A DNA stretch of 17,095 nt from a virus (lineage: Duplodnaviria; Heunggongvirae; Uroviricota; Caudoviricetes), in the IMG/VR virus record IMGVR_UViG_2778261641_000010, positions 1 to 17,095 of that record; one strand, given 5' to 3'. Within the stretch, counting starts at the first letter, position 1, and each line of letters begins with the position of its first letter. Below the pieces are notes generated by a model. That model was not told the origin of the DNA and ran no database searches. It saw only the letters and a program-made list of their open reading frames with translations. Shown piece after piece: positions 8,701 through 16,652 of this stretch. A program made the position numbers and the translations under genes.

Positions 8701-9185
8701 TGCGAGGTGGTTTTGCCCTTAATGGTGATGTCTTTTTCCGTCACCCAGCCACCGTTACGCTGTATCTGAACCAGCAGGCGGACTTCCGACGGATTCCTGT
8801 CTCCCTTTGAGGTGGTTTCCACCAGTGCCTGTACACCGAAGGTAAAGCGCAGACGGTCGATGTTTGCCGACGTAATGGTACGGGTGATCGGCGTGTCATA
8901 TTTCACTTCCGTACCCAGCACCGTCTCGGAGCCGGAGGATTCAAACCCCTCCGGCGGTGTCTGCTCCTGCTCACCTGCCCGGAACACCACCGTGACACCG
9001 GCGATGTTGGTATTCCCTTCACTGTCCAGCACCGGCGTACTGTTCAGCAGCACGCTTTTTAATCCATCCACCGGACCTTCTATCGGCCCTTCGCTGATGG
9101 CATCGATCACACTCAGCAACTGCGTGGACTTCAGGTTATCCTTCGCTTCGCGCGGGGTATGCCCCTTACTGCTGCCTTTACCCAT
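5790..9185 (-). CDS. J: Tail tip / host specificity protein J (central tail fibre)
   Basis: 1131 aa. The N-terminus [45 protein letters not shown]... is the lambda J N-terminus as I recall it. The size and the position after I fit, and a GGAG RBS precedes the ATG. Confidence 0.9.
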   Translation of the reverse strand: MGKGSSKGHTPREAKDNLKSTQLLSVIDAISEGPIEGPVDGLKSVLLNSTPVLDSEGNTNIAGVTVVFRAGEQEQTPPEGFESSGSETVLGTEVKYDTPITRTITSANIDRLRFTFGVQALVETTSKGDRNPSEVRLLVQIQRNGGWVTEKDITIKGKTTSQYLASVVVDNLPPRPFNIRMRRMTPDSTTDQLQNKTLWSSYTEIIDVKQCYPNTALVGVQVDSEQFGSQQVSRNYHLRGRILQVPSNYNPQTRQYSGIWDGTLKPAYSNNMAWCLWDMLTHPRYGMGKRLGAADVDKWALYVIGQYCDQSVPDGFGGTEPRITCNAYLTTQRKAWDVLSDFCSAMRCMPVWNGQTLTFVQDRQSDKVWTYNRSNVVMPDDGAPFRYSFSALKDRHNAVEVNWIDPDNGWETATELVEDTQAIARYGRNVTKMDAFGCTSRGQAHRAGLWLIKTELLETQTVDFSVGAEGLRHVPGDVIEICDDDYAGISNGGRVLAVNSQTRTLTLDREITLPSSGTTLISLVDGSGNPVSVEVQSVADGVKVKVSRVPDGVAEYSVWGLKLPTLRQRLFRCVSIRENDDGTYAITAVQHVPEKEAIVDNGAHFDGDQSGTVNGVTPPAVQHLTAEVSADSGEYQVLARWDTPKVVKGVSFLLRLTVTADDGSERLVSTVRTTETTYRFRQLALGRYTLTVRAANAWGQQGDPASVSFRIAAPAAPVTIELIPGYFQITAVPKLAVYDPTVQFEFWFSEKRIADIRQVETTARYLGTALYWIAASSNIKPGYDYYFYIRSVNTVGKSAFVEAVGRASDDAEGYLNFYKGLINKTHLGKELLENFELTEDNASKLEQFSKEWKDANDKWNAMWGVKIEQTKDGKHYVAGIGLSMEDTEEGKLSQFLVAANRIAFIDPSNGNTRPMFVGQGDQIFMNDVFLKRLTAPTITSGGNPPAFSLTPDGRLTAKNADISGNVNANSGTLNNVTINENCRVLGKLSANQIEGDLVKTVGKAFPRDSRAPERWPSGTITVRVYDDQPFDRQIVIPAVAFSGARHERENSDTYSSCRLIVKKNGAEIYNRTALDNTLIYTGVIDMPAGSGVMTLEFSVSAWWVNDWYPTASISDLLVVVMKKATAGITIS

Positions 9186-9195
9186 TCCTCACGCT

Positions 9196-9227
9196 CCATA
9201 AACGACAAAACCGCCCGGAGGCGGTTT
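9196..9227 (-). terminator. Terminator-like hairpin between I and J
   Basis: Minus strand AAACCGCC-TCCG-GGCGGTTT followed by TGTCGTTTAT (interrupted U-tract), in the 60-nt I-J gap. Confidence 0.45.
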
Positions 9228-9245
9228 CACATAAAACATTTTGCA

Positions 9246-9893
9246 TCAGCGACCAATCACCACAACCTGACCACCGTCCCCTTCGTCTGCCGTGCTGATC
9301 TCCTGAGAAACCACCCGCGACCCCACGCGCATTTCACCGTACAGAACGGGCAGAACATTGCCCTGGGCAACCATGTTATCCAGTGAGGAGAAATAGGTGT
9401 TCTGTTTGCCGTTATCTGTACTTGCTGCCGTGGGCGTCCTGGCTTTCGGTGCCAGCATCTGCGCCACTCCGCCCAGGATCATACTGGCCCCTGCCGCATA
9501 CATGCCCGATAAAGCCGCGGCACCCAGCCAGCCTGCGGGGTTCCACCACGCCACCGCAAACAGCGCCGCACCCAGCACCGCCTGAAAAACACCGCCACTT
9601 TTGGCTCCCGCCAGACGCGGCACGATGTGGATCACTGCACCATTTGCCAGCGGCTCATTAAGACGGGCAGATAATTCGGTTTCACCTGCATCACGCCCGG
9701 CAATGCGCACCTGATACCAGCCGTCATTCAGTTTCTGACGAAACGCCGGGAGCTGTGTGGACAGCGCCCGGATGGCTTCAGCCCCCGTTTTCACACGAAG
9801 GTCGATGCGGCGGCCAAATCGTTGCAAATCCCCGTAAAGGCAGATGCGTGCCATGCCCGGTGACGCCAGAGGGAGTGTGTGCGTCGCTGCCAT
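9246..9893 (-). CDS. I: Tail assembly protein I (tail tip assembly, ubiquitin-like N-terminal region family)
   Basis: 215-aa ORF whose C-terminus is ...NTYFSSLDNMVAQGNVLPVLYGEMRVGSRVVSQEISTADEGDGGQVVVIGR. It lies between K and J as in lambda. Start uncertain: ATG at 9893 (GAGAGAGG ~11 nt upstream) or ATG at 9854; both overlap the 3' end of K. Confidence 0.8.
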   Translation of the reverse strand: MAATHTLPLASPGMARICLYGDLQRFGRRIDLRVKTGAEAIRALSTQLPAFRQKLNDGWYQVRIAGRDAGETELSARLNEPLANGAVIHIVPRLAGAKSGGVFQAVLGAALFAVAWWNPAGWLGAAALSGMYAAGASMILGGVAQMLAPKARTPTAASTDNGKQNTYFSSLDNMVAQGNVLPVLYGEMRVGSRVVSQEISTADEGDGGQVVVIGR

Positions 9894-10534
9894 TTGTCGG
9901 TATACCTCTCTCGTTTGCTCAGTTGTTCAGGAATATGGTGCAACAGCTCGCCGTCGCCGCAGTAAATGGCGGCATGATTCGGCACCGATGAACCAAAACA
10001 GCACAGCAGTACATCGCCCGGCTGCGCCGCTGACAACGGCACCTGATACAGCCCCGTTGCCTCCAGATTATCCAGATAGAGATTCTGGCCGTTACGCCAC
10101 CAGTCATCCTCACGATGAAAATCCGGCATCTCAATCCCCGCCAGATGGTAAGCGTCCCGGAACAGCGTGTAACAGTCCGTCACCCCGTGCTCAAAGCGTC
10201 GCCCGGTGAGATGCGGCACACAGCGGAACTTATGAATCGCCCCCCGGCAGACCAGCCACCAAGGCAAATCGCTCTGCACCTGCAGCCGCCTGTCAGCCTC
10301 ACTCAGCCAGGGCAGACCACCGGGGTGGCTGTGGACCAGCGCCACAATCTCACCCTGCATCTCTGCCCGCAGCCAGTCCTCCGGCGACATCCGGAAATAC
10401 GCCTCCGGCTCACCGGAGATATTCACGCAGGGAAAATATCTTTCCCCTTCCGGCGTTCTCACCACGAAGCCGCACGACTCCGCTGGCGCACATCGCCGGG
10501 CGTGCGCCAGAATCGCTGATTCTGTCTGTGTCAT
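9791..10534 (-). CDS. K: Tail assembly protein K with JAMM/MPN metalloprotease and NlpC/P60 domains
   Basis: 247 aa from the ATG at 10534 (MTQTESAILAHARR...), 4 nt after the L stop. Intact JAMM motif HSHPGGLPWLSEAD (H-x-H-x7-S-x2-D), then a Cys/His-containing NlpC/P60-like region (GVTDCYTLF...NHAAIY...HH). The 14 codons upstream in the ORF track lie inside L and are rejected. Confidence 0.85.
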   Translation of the reverse strand: MTQTESAILAHARRCAPAESCGFVVRTPEGERYFPCVNISGEPEAYFRMSPEDWLRAEMQGEIVALVHSHPGGLPWLSEADRRLQVQSDLPWWLVCRGAIHKFRCVPHLTGRRFEHGVTDCYTLFRDAYHLAGIEMPDFHREDDWWRNGQNLYLDNLEATGLYQVPLSAAQPGDVLLCCFGSSVPNHAAIYCGDGELLHHIPEQLSKRERYTDKWQRRTHSLWRHRAWHASAFTGICNDLAAASTFV

Positions 10535-10538
10535 GGGA

Positions 10539-11237
10539 TTACTGCGAAAGTTTGTTAATGGAAAGGAAGCCGCCAAAGTTGCCGACGTTATTGCGAAACT
10601 TACAGCCGCTCAGGCATTTGCTGCATTTATCCTTCGTGATATCGGACGTCGGCTGGTCATATTCATCCGCGACAGCCGGACCATGATAACCGCACTCATC
10701 ACCGCGATAGGTCCAGGTGCAGGTGTTGGCCAGCATGATGCGCCCCGGAAAAACAGCACCATCCGTTTCCGTCGGTGTGGAGAGCACAAAGGAGGCACTG
10801 ACCGCACTCAGTTCGCTGCACTGCTCAATGCGCCAGCGGCTGATCACCTCCTGCTCAGGATCGGCATCGCTGTTTCCGGTGACGAAGTTCACCGCATCCA
10901 GAAAACGGGCGTAAACCTTACGCCTGACCACCGTTCCGCCGACCAGACTCTGCAAATCTTCCACCATCCCGGTGACCATGCCGTGCAGATTAGAGACTTT
11001 CAGAGTTGGCCTGGCGCTGGCTCCTTTACCGTTCATCTCAAATCCGCTCCCCTGAATGGGATACGGCTGATACTGTCGCCCCTGCCAGGTGACCGGCTCA
11101 CCTTTTTCGTTCTGCTCATTACAGAAAAAATAACGCTCTCCGCCGACTTCTGTCAGATCGACTTCCCAGAGCACGACCAGCGCGGATTGCTCCGCTTTTG
11201 TACACTCATTCAGTGTTTCCTGCTGTATATCCTGCAT
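10539..11237 (-). CDS. L: Minor tail protein L
   Basis: 232 aa, lambda L-like length and position; contains a Cys cluster (C-x2-C ... CSKCLSGC). Its start overlaps the M stop. Confidence 0.88.
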   Translation of the reverse strand: MQDIQQETLNECTKAEQSALVVLWEVDLTEVGGERYFFCNEQNEKGEPVTWQGRQYQPYPIQGSGFEMNGKGASARPTLKVSNLHGMVTGMVEDLQSLVGGTVVRRKVYARFLDAVNFVTGNSDADPEQEVISRWRIEQCSELSAVSASFVLSTPTETDGAVFPGRIMLANTCTWTYRGDECGYHGPAVADEYDQPTSDITKDKCSKCLSGCKFRNNVGNFGGFLSINKLSQ

Positions 11238-11578
11238 CAGTGAGTGACCTCTTCAAAGGTACAGTTAAAATCGGTATACATGGCATTATCCGAAATGCTC
11301 CACTCCCTGCAGACAACCCGGACAGTCCTGTTGTGTTTTGGCGGACGCCACAAAAAAGCACGAATCCCGGCATGACGGGATAAAAAACTGTCCAGCGCGG
11401 CACGGGAATATTCATCTGTGACACGAAATACCGGTTTAAACGTTTTCAGATCCGCATTCAGACCACCAGCCCGTCGCTGTTCATATCCGTCACCAAACTT
11501 TACCGTAATAACTGATGGCTTTCGTGTCGTCTCCATCCCCTCACGGGGGATCCAGTTAAAAACTTCAGGCTCAGGCAC
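11237..11578 (-). CDS. M: Minor tail protein M
   Basis: Conserved FGDGYEQR and WRPP motifs as in lambda M (FGDGYSQR...). Preferred start is the GTG at 11578, which has AGGAGGA 7 nt upstream and gives ~113 aa; the alternative is the ATG at 11593. It overlaps the tape-measure stop (11571-11573) by a few nt. Confidence 0.78.
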   Translation of the reverse strand: MPEPEVFNWIPREGMETTRKPSVITVKFGDGYEQRRAGGLNADLKTFKPVFRVTDEYSRAALDSFLSRHAGIRAFLWRPPKHNRTVRVVCREWSISDNAMYTDFNCTFEEVTH

Positions 11579-14500
11579 TGTACAATCCTCCATCCCGACG
11601 CGATGACTGCATAATTGACACAACCCTGCTGTCGATCAGATCCACCAGCCCCCTGGCTGACTGCGTATCTATCTCGCCATTGCTCCCTTTATTCTGAATA
11701 CTGATGTGATACACGGGAGAATAAACAAATCCACCGCCACCATTCACATTGCCAATGGCTCTGACTCCAAGAGAGCCGTCCGCTGCCCGAGTCAGTGGCA
11801 TGATAGCTTCAGGCCCGGCCTCGCCCATCAGCCCGGCACCTTTCGCAAAAGCAAAATACGTCGGGGTATCCACAATGGTGTTACTGTAAGCACTCAAATT
11901 TGCCGATGTATAAACACCACCTTTTGCGTTTGCCACTGCACCGGAAAGCCAGTCGCCGACTGTACCAAGCCATCCTCCGGCACCGGACATGCTTTTGGAA
12001 AGTGACTTCAGCCCGTTAACGATGGCAGCGTTCATCAGAATTTTTGAAACTTCCTGGAGAATTGAACTCCCCCAGTTTCTCCAGTCCACAACATTTCCGG
12101 CCAGTGCATCGGAAATATTTGATACCAGCCCGTCCATAGTGGAAATGACAGCATCTGCCGCCTGCGAAGCATAATCAGTGGCACTGTCTGCCCAGTTCGT
12201 CAGCCCCTCCTGGAGTCCGGCATTCCAGTTACTGCGTAAAGCATCAGCCTTTGCATAATAATCCTGCTGATCGCTGAGACGCTCTTCCAGATATTTTTCA
12301 TTCAGCGATTTTTCCTGTTTCCACAGGGCTTCTTCAATTTCTCCGGCCTGATACTGTCTCAGCAGCTCGTTATTTTTCTGCTCAAACGCCTGCCGGATAC
12401 TCCACATTTCCTGGAGTCGTTCACGCATCCGTGAGCCTTCACCATATCCCAGCAACTGCGCGTCGTCAGATGCCCGGGCACTGGCATTACTGTCCGCCAG
12501 ACTGCTTTCATACGCGGCAAGCTGCTCACGAATCTTTTTCTGGTCGATGAGTGCCGCATTCTGTAAAAGCGTTTTTTTCTGCGCTTCTGACAGGGTTGAT
12601 AATTCGCCCTGACTGACCTGATATTTCATCTTAGCCAGTTCAGTATTCTGCCCTGCCAGTGCTATTTGTTCTTTTTGCTGTTTAATTAGCCGTTTATAAA
12701 TATCTTCTGTTTTTTCCGCTTCGGTCTTTTTATGCGCTTTGGGTTTATTTGCCTGGTTATTTCGCCAGGCATCCAGTGAGTTATTGATATAATTCTGTCT
12801 GGCTGTCTGATACGCCTCTCCCACAAAGCCGAGATCATCCGCAGCATAACCCAGTCGGGCACGCTCACGGGCTTCCCCCTTCAGGCGGGACAGAGCCAGT
12901 TCGCGCTCGCTGTTATTCAGTGCGGTCTGCTGTTTATCATCCAGGGTTGCCTGTGGTAGCCGTAATGGTGCATTCACCAGCCCCTGTCGCTGCTGAAGTA
13001 ATTCATTACCAAGCCCGAGAAGACGATTAAACTCGGTATGCTGCCCATTCATGATCAACAGGGACTGATACGCTTTGTTTTGTTCCGCCGCCTGTTGACG
13101 GATCAACGCCACCCGTCGCTCCTCCAGCCCGGCAAGCACATCCTGAATAGATTGCGCTTTGCCCTGCATTTGAGTGAGGCGAGACTGTTCAACTGCCAGT
13201 TGATTTGTTGCTTCTGCAAGCCCTTCTGTGACAGTTTTCACCGACGTCATATGGTTAATCATAAAACCGTTATCGGTTGTCCAGCCCGGGTTTGCCAGCA
13301 CATACTGATAGCCAGCAATTTTTTCCTGTAAGGATTTAATCTTACTTTTCTGCTCGTCAATTAACCTGTTTTGCTCATCAAGTGCCTGCCGCGTCTTTTC
13401 CTCATTATCTGACGCTTCAGGAAGCGACATTGCCGACGTTTTCTGGCGAATTTCGTCGATTGTTGCGGCATACTGGCGTGCAGATTCTCTGGCCTGCTCC
13501 TGATTCTGATACATCGTGTACCAGGCCGTCGCCCCCAGCATGACGAGTCCCGGCACACCACCAACCAACCCCAGCGCACCACTTAACAGACGACTCCCCA
13601 CTGACGTGACAGTATTCAGCGTTGTCTGTGCCGCTGTTCTGGCCGCAATATTACGGGTAAGTGACGCCTGGGCAGCTGTCAGCTTCGCTTCTGCTGCGGC
13701 CTGCCTTTCGGTACCGCGAGCAGCAACAACCGCCTGTTGCGCACGATAAACCGCCGCACGCGCCCTGGCGGTTGCTATCTGTGTCCCCCGAAGTTGCGCT
13801 TCAGCAAGAGCCACTTCGTTTCTGGCTGCAGTAATTAATCCGGCAGTTGCAGATCCAGCAGACGACGCCATATTGCCAAAATATCGGGCTACCCCGACGG
13901 CAACCAGTGCGCCAGCTGCAGCAGCCACGGTATCAATATTGTCTGCAACACCATTCAACACCCCGGTGAGTGTCTTTGTCACTCCGCTTGCCTCGTTCGC
14001 ACCACCAACCCAGGCCATAAAGGCGTTTTCAACTTTGGTTGCAGAGGATGAAACAGTATCAGGCATTGCTGCATATTCATCACGCAACGCCCCAAGCTGA
14101 CTAATCAGTGCAGGAACAACCTTATCGGCGGTCAGTTTTCCGTTATCCGCCATGGCTTTCAGATCCTTACGGGCAACACCCATTCCCGCAGCCAGCGCAC
14201 GAATAACACGATCGCCGTTCTCATTCACAGAGTTAAATTCTTCACCGCGCAGCACTCCCTGCGCCAGTGCCTGACTGAACTGCGTGATCACCGAACTGGC
14301 TTCTGCTGTACTGGCACCGGATAATTTCAGGCCCGTGGAGATCGCCTCGGTGACTTTCAGTACCTCCTCAGAACTGTAGCCATACTCCCGCATGGAAGCT
14401 GCAGAGCGGGCAAAAAGGCTGGCGTTATCAGAAAACGCCGTTCCCGTTCTCTGGCTGATTGCCATTAATTCACGTTGTGATACCTGAAAATCATCACTGG

Positions 14501-14816
14501 ACTGTGAAGCCTGCTTCAGGCGGGCATTTACTGAATTCCACTCATCGGCGAGAGAAATAAGATGACCGGTAGCAAAAGCTCCGGCAAATGCCCCCGCCAT
14601 ATTCAGTGCCGAAGATTTAGCTGTATTTATCTGATCCGTCACTTCTGCCAGTGCACGCCGCATTTCACGGGATGCAGCAGCGGACTGCCGGCCTCCGTTC
14701 TGCATGGTACGGTAGTAATCCTGCCCCATACGCGAAGCCCGGGAGATCTCTGACTGGAATGACCGGGAATTTGCCGAGATTTTAATAATCAGTTCACGTA
14801 ATGTCGCCACACTCAT
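11571..14816 (-). CDS. Tail tape measure protein
   Basis: 1081 aa, largely alpha-helical/coiled-coil-like composition (Ala/Gln/Leu/Glu-rich), with Gly-rich hydrophobic stretches. It lies between G/GT and M. GGAGA precedes the start (ATG at 14816 or the in-frame GTG two codons later). Confidence 0.9.
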   Translation of the reverse strand: MSVATLRELIIKISANSRSFQSEISRASRMGQDYYRTMQNGGRQSAAASREMRRALAEVTDQINTAKSSALNMAGAFAGAFATGHLISLADEWNSVNARLKQASQSSDDFQVSQRELMAISQRTGTAFSDNASLFARSAASMREYGYSSEEVLKVTEAISTGLKLSGASTAEASSVITQFSQALAQGVLRGEEFNSVNENGDRVIRALAAGMGVARKDLKAMADNGKLTADKVVPALISQLGALRDEYAAMPDTVSSSATKVENAFMAWVGGANEASGVTKTLTGVLNGVADNIDTVAAAAGALVAVGVARYFGNMASSAGSATAGLITAARNEVALAEAQLRGTQIATARARAAVYRAQQAVVAARGTERQAAAEAKLTAAQASLTRNIAARTAAQTTLNTVTSVGSRLLSGALGLVGGVPGLVMLGATAWYTMYQNQEQARESARQYAATIDEIRQKTSAMSLPEASDNEEKTRQALDEQNRLIDEQKSKIKSLQEKIAGYQYVLANPGWTTDNGFMINHMTSVKTVTEGLAEATNQLAVEQSRLTQMQGKAQSIQDVLAGLEERRVALIRQQAAEQNKAYQSLLIMNGQHTEFNRLLGLGNELLQQRQGLVNAPLRLPQATLDDKQQTALNNSERELALSRLKGEARERARLGYAADDLGFVGEAYQTARQNYINNSLDAWRNNQANKPKAHKKTEAEKTEDIYKRLIKQQKEQIALAGQNTELAKMKYQVSQGELSTLSEAQKKTLLQNAALIDQKKIREQLAAYESSLADSNASARASDDAQLLGYGEGSRMRERLQEMWSIRQAFEQKNNELLRQYQAGEIEEALWKQEKSLNEKYLEERLSDQQDYYAKADALRSNWNAGLQEGLTNWADSATDYASQAADAVISTMDGLVSNISDALAGNVVDWRNWGSSILQEVSKILMNAAIVNGLKSLSKSMSGAGGWLGTVGDWLSGAVANAKGGVYTSANLSAYSNTIVDTPTYFAFAKGAGLMGEAGPEAIMPLTRAADGSLGVRAIGNVNGGGGFVYSPVYHISIQNKGSNGEIDTQSARGLVDLIDSRVVSIMQSSRRDGGLYSA

Positions 14817-14826
14817 TCTCCGGACG

Positions 14827-14847
14827 AAAAAAACCGCCGAAGCGGTT
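14827..14847 (-). terminator. Short terminator/attenuator-like hairpin between GT and the tape measure gene
   Basis: Minus strand AACCGC-TTCG-GCGGTT (5-6 bp stem, UUCG-type loop) followed by TTTTTTT, then the GGAGA RBS of the tape measure gene. Confidence 0.4.
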
Positions 14848-14855
14848 ATGTTGAC

Positions 14856-15544
14856 TCACTGAGACACTATTAAAAGCGCGTTTTCCAGTCCGGCAAATGG
14901 ATCTGAGACGCCTTCTGTCTGCTCTTGTTCCCACTGAAGAAGCGCATCATTCAGTGGGACTTTGACACCCTGCGCACCGTAAACCGCAGAAACTATCTGG
15001 GCAGCCCGGATATCAGCCCGCTCGTCACCCAGCGGGCTGAACCTGTCAAATTCTGCCCACATCATGATTTCTGATGCGGACATTTCCCGGCGTAACTCTG
15101 ACAATGTGCGCCCCATCCTGAGCGCCAGCATCATCAGAAAACGCATCCCCGGAAGCTCTACTTTTTTTTAACCTCGCCGGCATCACTGATCAGTTCCAGA
15201 GACTGCCGAAGAAGCCGCGCATGCACCGGGCCATACACGGCAATCACCTGTTCACGATCATCCTCTGAAAATACAGGTTGCAGTCCGGTATCACACAGAA
15301 CATCAATGAACAGTTCAACATCTGCCTCCAGATTTCGGCGGGCGCGCTCCGCAACGGATAACGGTGTCTCATCATCTTTTGCTTTAACGATCTCCTGCCA
15401 GCGCAACCAGGCTTCTGCAGAAGGTTCCCGTAATACAACCGTTGCCCCTTCCCATTCAGGCACATCAACAGTTTTATGGCGAAACCCCGACATCGTTGCC
15501 AGTGCCAGATTGCGGATATTTTTAGTCATCACATCTATCCTCAT
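14856..15544 (-). CDS. Tail assembly chaperone GT fusion produced by programmed -1 ribosomal frameshift
   Basis: The ORF at 14856..15146 has codon phase exactly -1 relative to G. The G frame ends ...GTT AAA AAA AAG TAG, so a slip on A_AAA_AAG (15161..15167) continues K-V-E-L-P-G-M-R-F-L... to the stop at 14856. The downstream ORF has no plausible independent RBS. Confidence 0.65.
15158..15544 (-). CDS. Tail assembly chaperone G (0-frame product)
   Basis: 128 aa; the ATG at 15544 overlaps the major-tail stop (TAATG). An alternative start is the ATG at 15529, with GAGGA 8 nt upstream. Position immediately before the tape measure gene and the acidic C-terminal half fit a G-type chaperone. Confidence 0.75.
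   Translation of the reverse strand: MRIDVMTKNIRNLALATMSGFRHKTVDVPEWEGATVVLREPSAEAWLRWQEIVKAKDDETPLSVAERARRNLEADVELFIDVLCDTGLQPVFSEDDREQVIAVYGPVHARLLRQSLELISDAGEVKKK
15161..15167 (-). promoter_or_regulatory. -1 programmed ribosomal frameshift slippery heptamer A_AAA_AAG, directly followed by the 0-frame stop TAG
   Basis: Run of 8 A then G on the minus strand (plus strand c-tttttttt-a at 15161..15170); A_AAA_AAG is a classic slippery sequence (e.g. dnaX). Confidence 0.65.
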
Positions 15545-16248
15545 TAACTGACGGTAACAGTGCAGGAAGTGGAGGTCACCTTGTTAACAGGGCTTGCTGA
15601 ATCAGAAATCTCGCAGGTATACGCACCGGCATCACCTGATGCTGCTGATGCCTTACTGAATGTTGCCGCCGTCTGTCCGGAAACAGGAGAACTACCTTTC
15701 TTCCAGACATAAGAATAAGGCGGCACACCACCGGCAGCCTCAACCACCATTTCGAGTTTCGCTCCGGCAGAAACCTGCAGCGTGCTGTTTAAATCGACCT
15801 TCACTTTCAGCGGCTCTGTCGTCAGCACAGGTTTACCTTTCAGGCGCAGGGAAAACGTTGCAGCCACAACACCATTAGTTCCTGCAGACCAGGTATGCTG
15901 ACGCACCTCTGCCATAAAGGTAAATCCGTTGCCTGACGGAAAAATAACTTTAAAGCCATACGTGGTGTCATTGTCATAGGCACTGCGCAACGCGTTCTGG
16001 GCAGCATTGAGGTAAAAGTTGCCTGACATGGAAATCTCTGACGCGGCACCAAGGCCGTTAATATTTTCCTGCTCAACAGAACACAGCGTGGTGACATCAA
16101 TATCCTGCTTTTGTCCTGCGGTAAACTGCACCTCTTTGATTGTACAGCTCAGGCCAAGATAGCTGGCAGAATCCAGGGTTTCTGCTGTTACCGGTGCAGA
16201 CGAAATCATAATTTTCGTCAGTTGCGAACGCTCAAAATTAGAGGACAT
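15544..16248 (-). CDS. Major tail protein with C-terminal Ig-like (Big_2-type) domain
   Basis: 234 aa from the ATG at 16248 (MSSNFERS...), with AGGAGA 5 nt upstream. The ORF-track 5' extension runs through a terminator hairpin and is rejected. The C-terminal ~80 aa (...VSAGAKLEMVVEAAGGVPPYSYVWKKGSSPVSGQTAATFSKASAASGDAGAYTCEISDSASPVNKVTSTSCTVTVS) resemble an Ig-like decoration domain. It sits just upstream of G/GT. Confidence 0.8.
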   Translation of the reverse strand: MSSNFERSQLTKIMISSAPVTAETLDSASYLGLSCTIKEVQFTAGQKQDIDVTTLCSVEQENINGLGAASEISMSGNFYLNAAQNALRSAYDNDTTYGFKVIFPSGNGFTFMAEVRQHTWSAGTNGVVAATFSLRLKGKPVLTTEPLKVKVDLNSTLQVSAGAKLEMVVEAAGGVPPYSYVWKKGSSPVSGQTAATFSKASAASGDAGAYTCEISDSASPVNKVTSTSCTVTVS

Positions 16249-16260
16249 ACTCGTCTCCTG

Positions 16261-16287
16261 AAAATAAAAAACCCGCCAGCGGCGGGT
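16261..16287 (-). terminator. Rho-independent terminator-like hairpin in the leader of the major tail gene
   Basis: Minus strand ACCCGCC-GCT-GGCGGGT (7-bp GC stem) followed by TTTTTATTTT, then AGGAGA and the ATG of the major tail gene. Confidence 0.6.
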
Positions 16288-16307
16288 GGGTAAAATCATT
16301 AACGACC

Positions 16308-16652
16308 TCAGGCTATTACCTGAAATTCAAGCGTGGATCTGCTCAGACGGGAATCAGGATCATAACCCTGAGTTTTAGAAATAACGGAAGGTGCAAGTTG
16401 CCTTACCGCATCAAGCGCCTGCTCACGGATATCATCTGCGTCATCAGGTACTGTTGCCCAGACATCGATCTGCACGGTAATTCTGGATTCAGCCTGACCA
16501 TCAAGCACATCAGACGCAGTGTCAGACACCACAGAAAATACCAGCCATGGCGGAGATACCGCAGGCTTTCCCTCCGTCAGCGGGACCACATAAGGATAAA
16601 CCTGTCCTCCGGCCAGTTGAGACAGCAGGGAATACAGTGTGGTCTCTCTCAT
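16308..16652 (-). CDS. Tail completion / tail terminator-type protein (DUF3168-like; lambda U position)
   Basis: 114 aa; its ATG overlaps the stop of the upstream gene (ATGA). The call rests on size and position immediately before the major tail gene. Confidence 0.65.
   Translation of the reverse strand: MRETTLYSLLSQLAGGQVYPYVVPLTEGKPAVSPPWLVFSVVSDTASDVLDGQAESRITVQIDVWATVPDDADDIREQALDAVRQLAPSVISKTQGYDPDSRLSRSTLEFQVIA

Noticed and set aside
10533-11243. 236-aa plus-strand ORF that mirrors gene L almost exactly
   Set aside because: Exact antisense shadow of L, with no independent signals. Treated as a chance open antisense frame, though its coincidence with L's boundaries is curious.
16249-16299. 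5' extensions proposed by the ORF track (major tail gene 16249..16299; also K 10535..10576, M 11579..11623, stf 5059..5064)
   Set aside because: The extensions run through terminator hairpins or the 3' ends of upstream genes, begin with non-ATG or RBS-less codons, and internal starts with good Shine-Dalgarno spacing are available.
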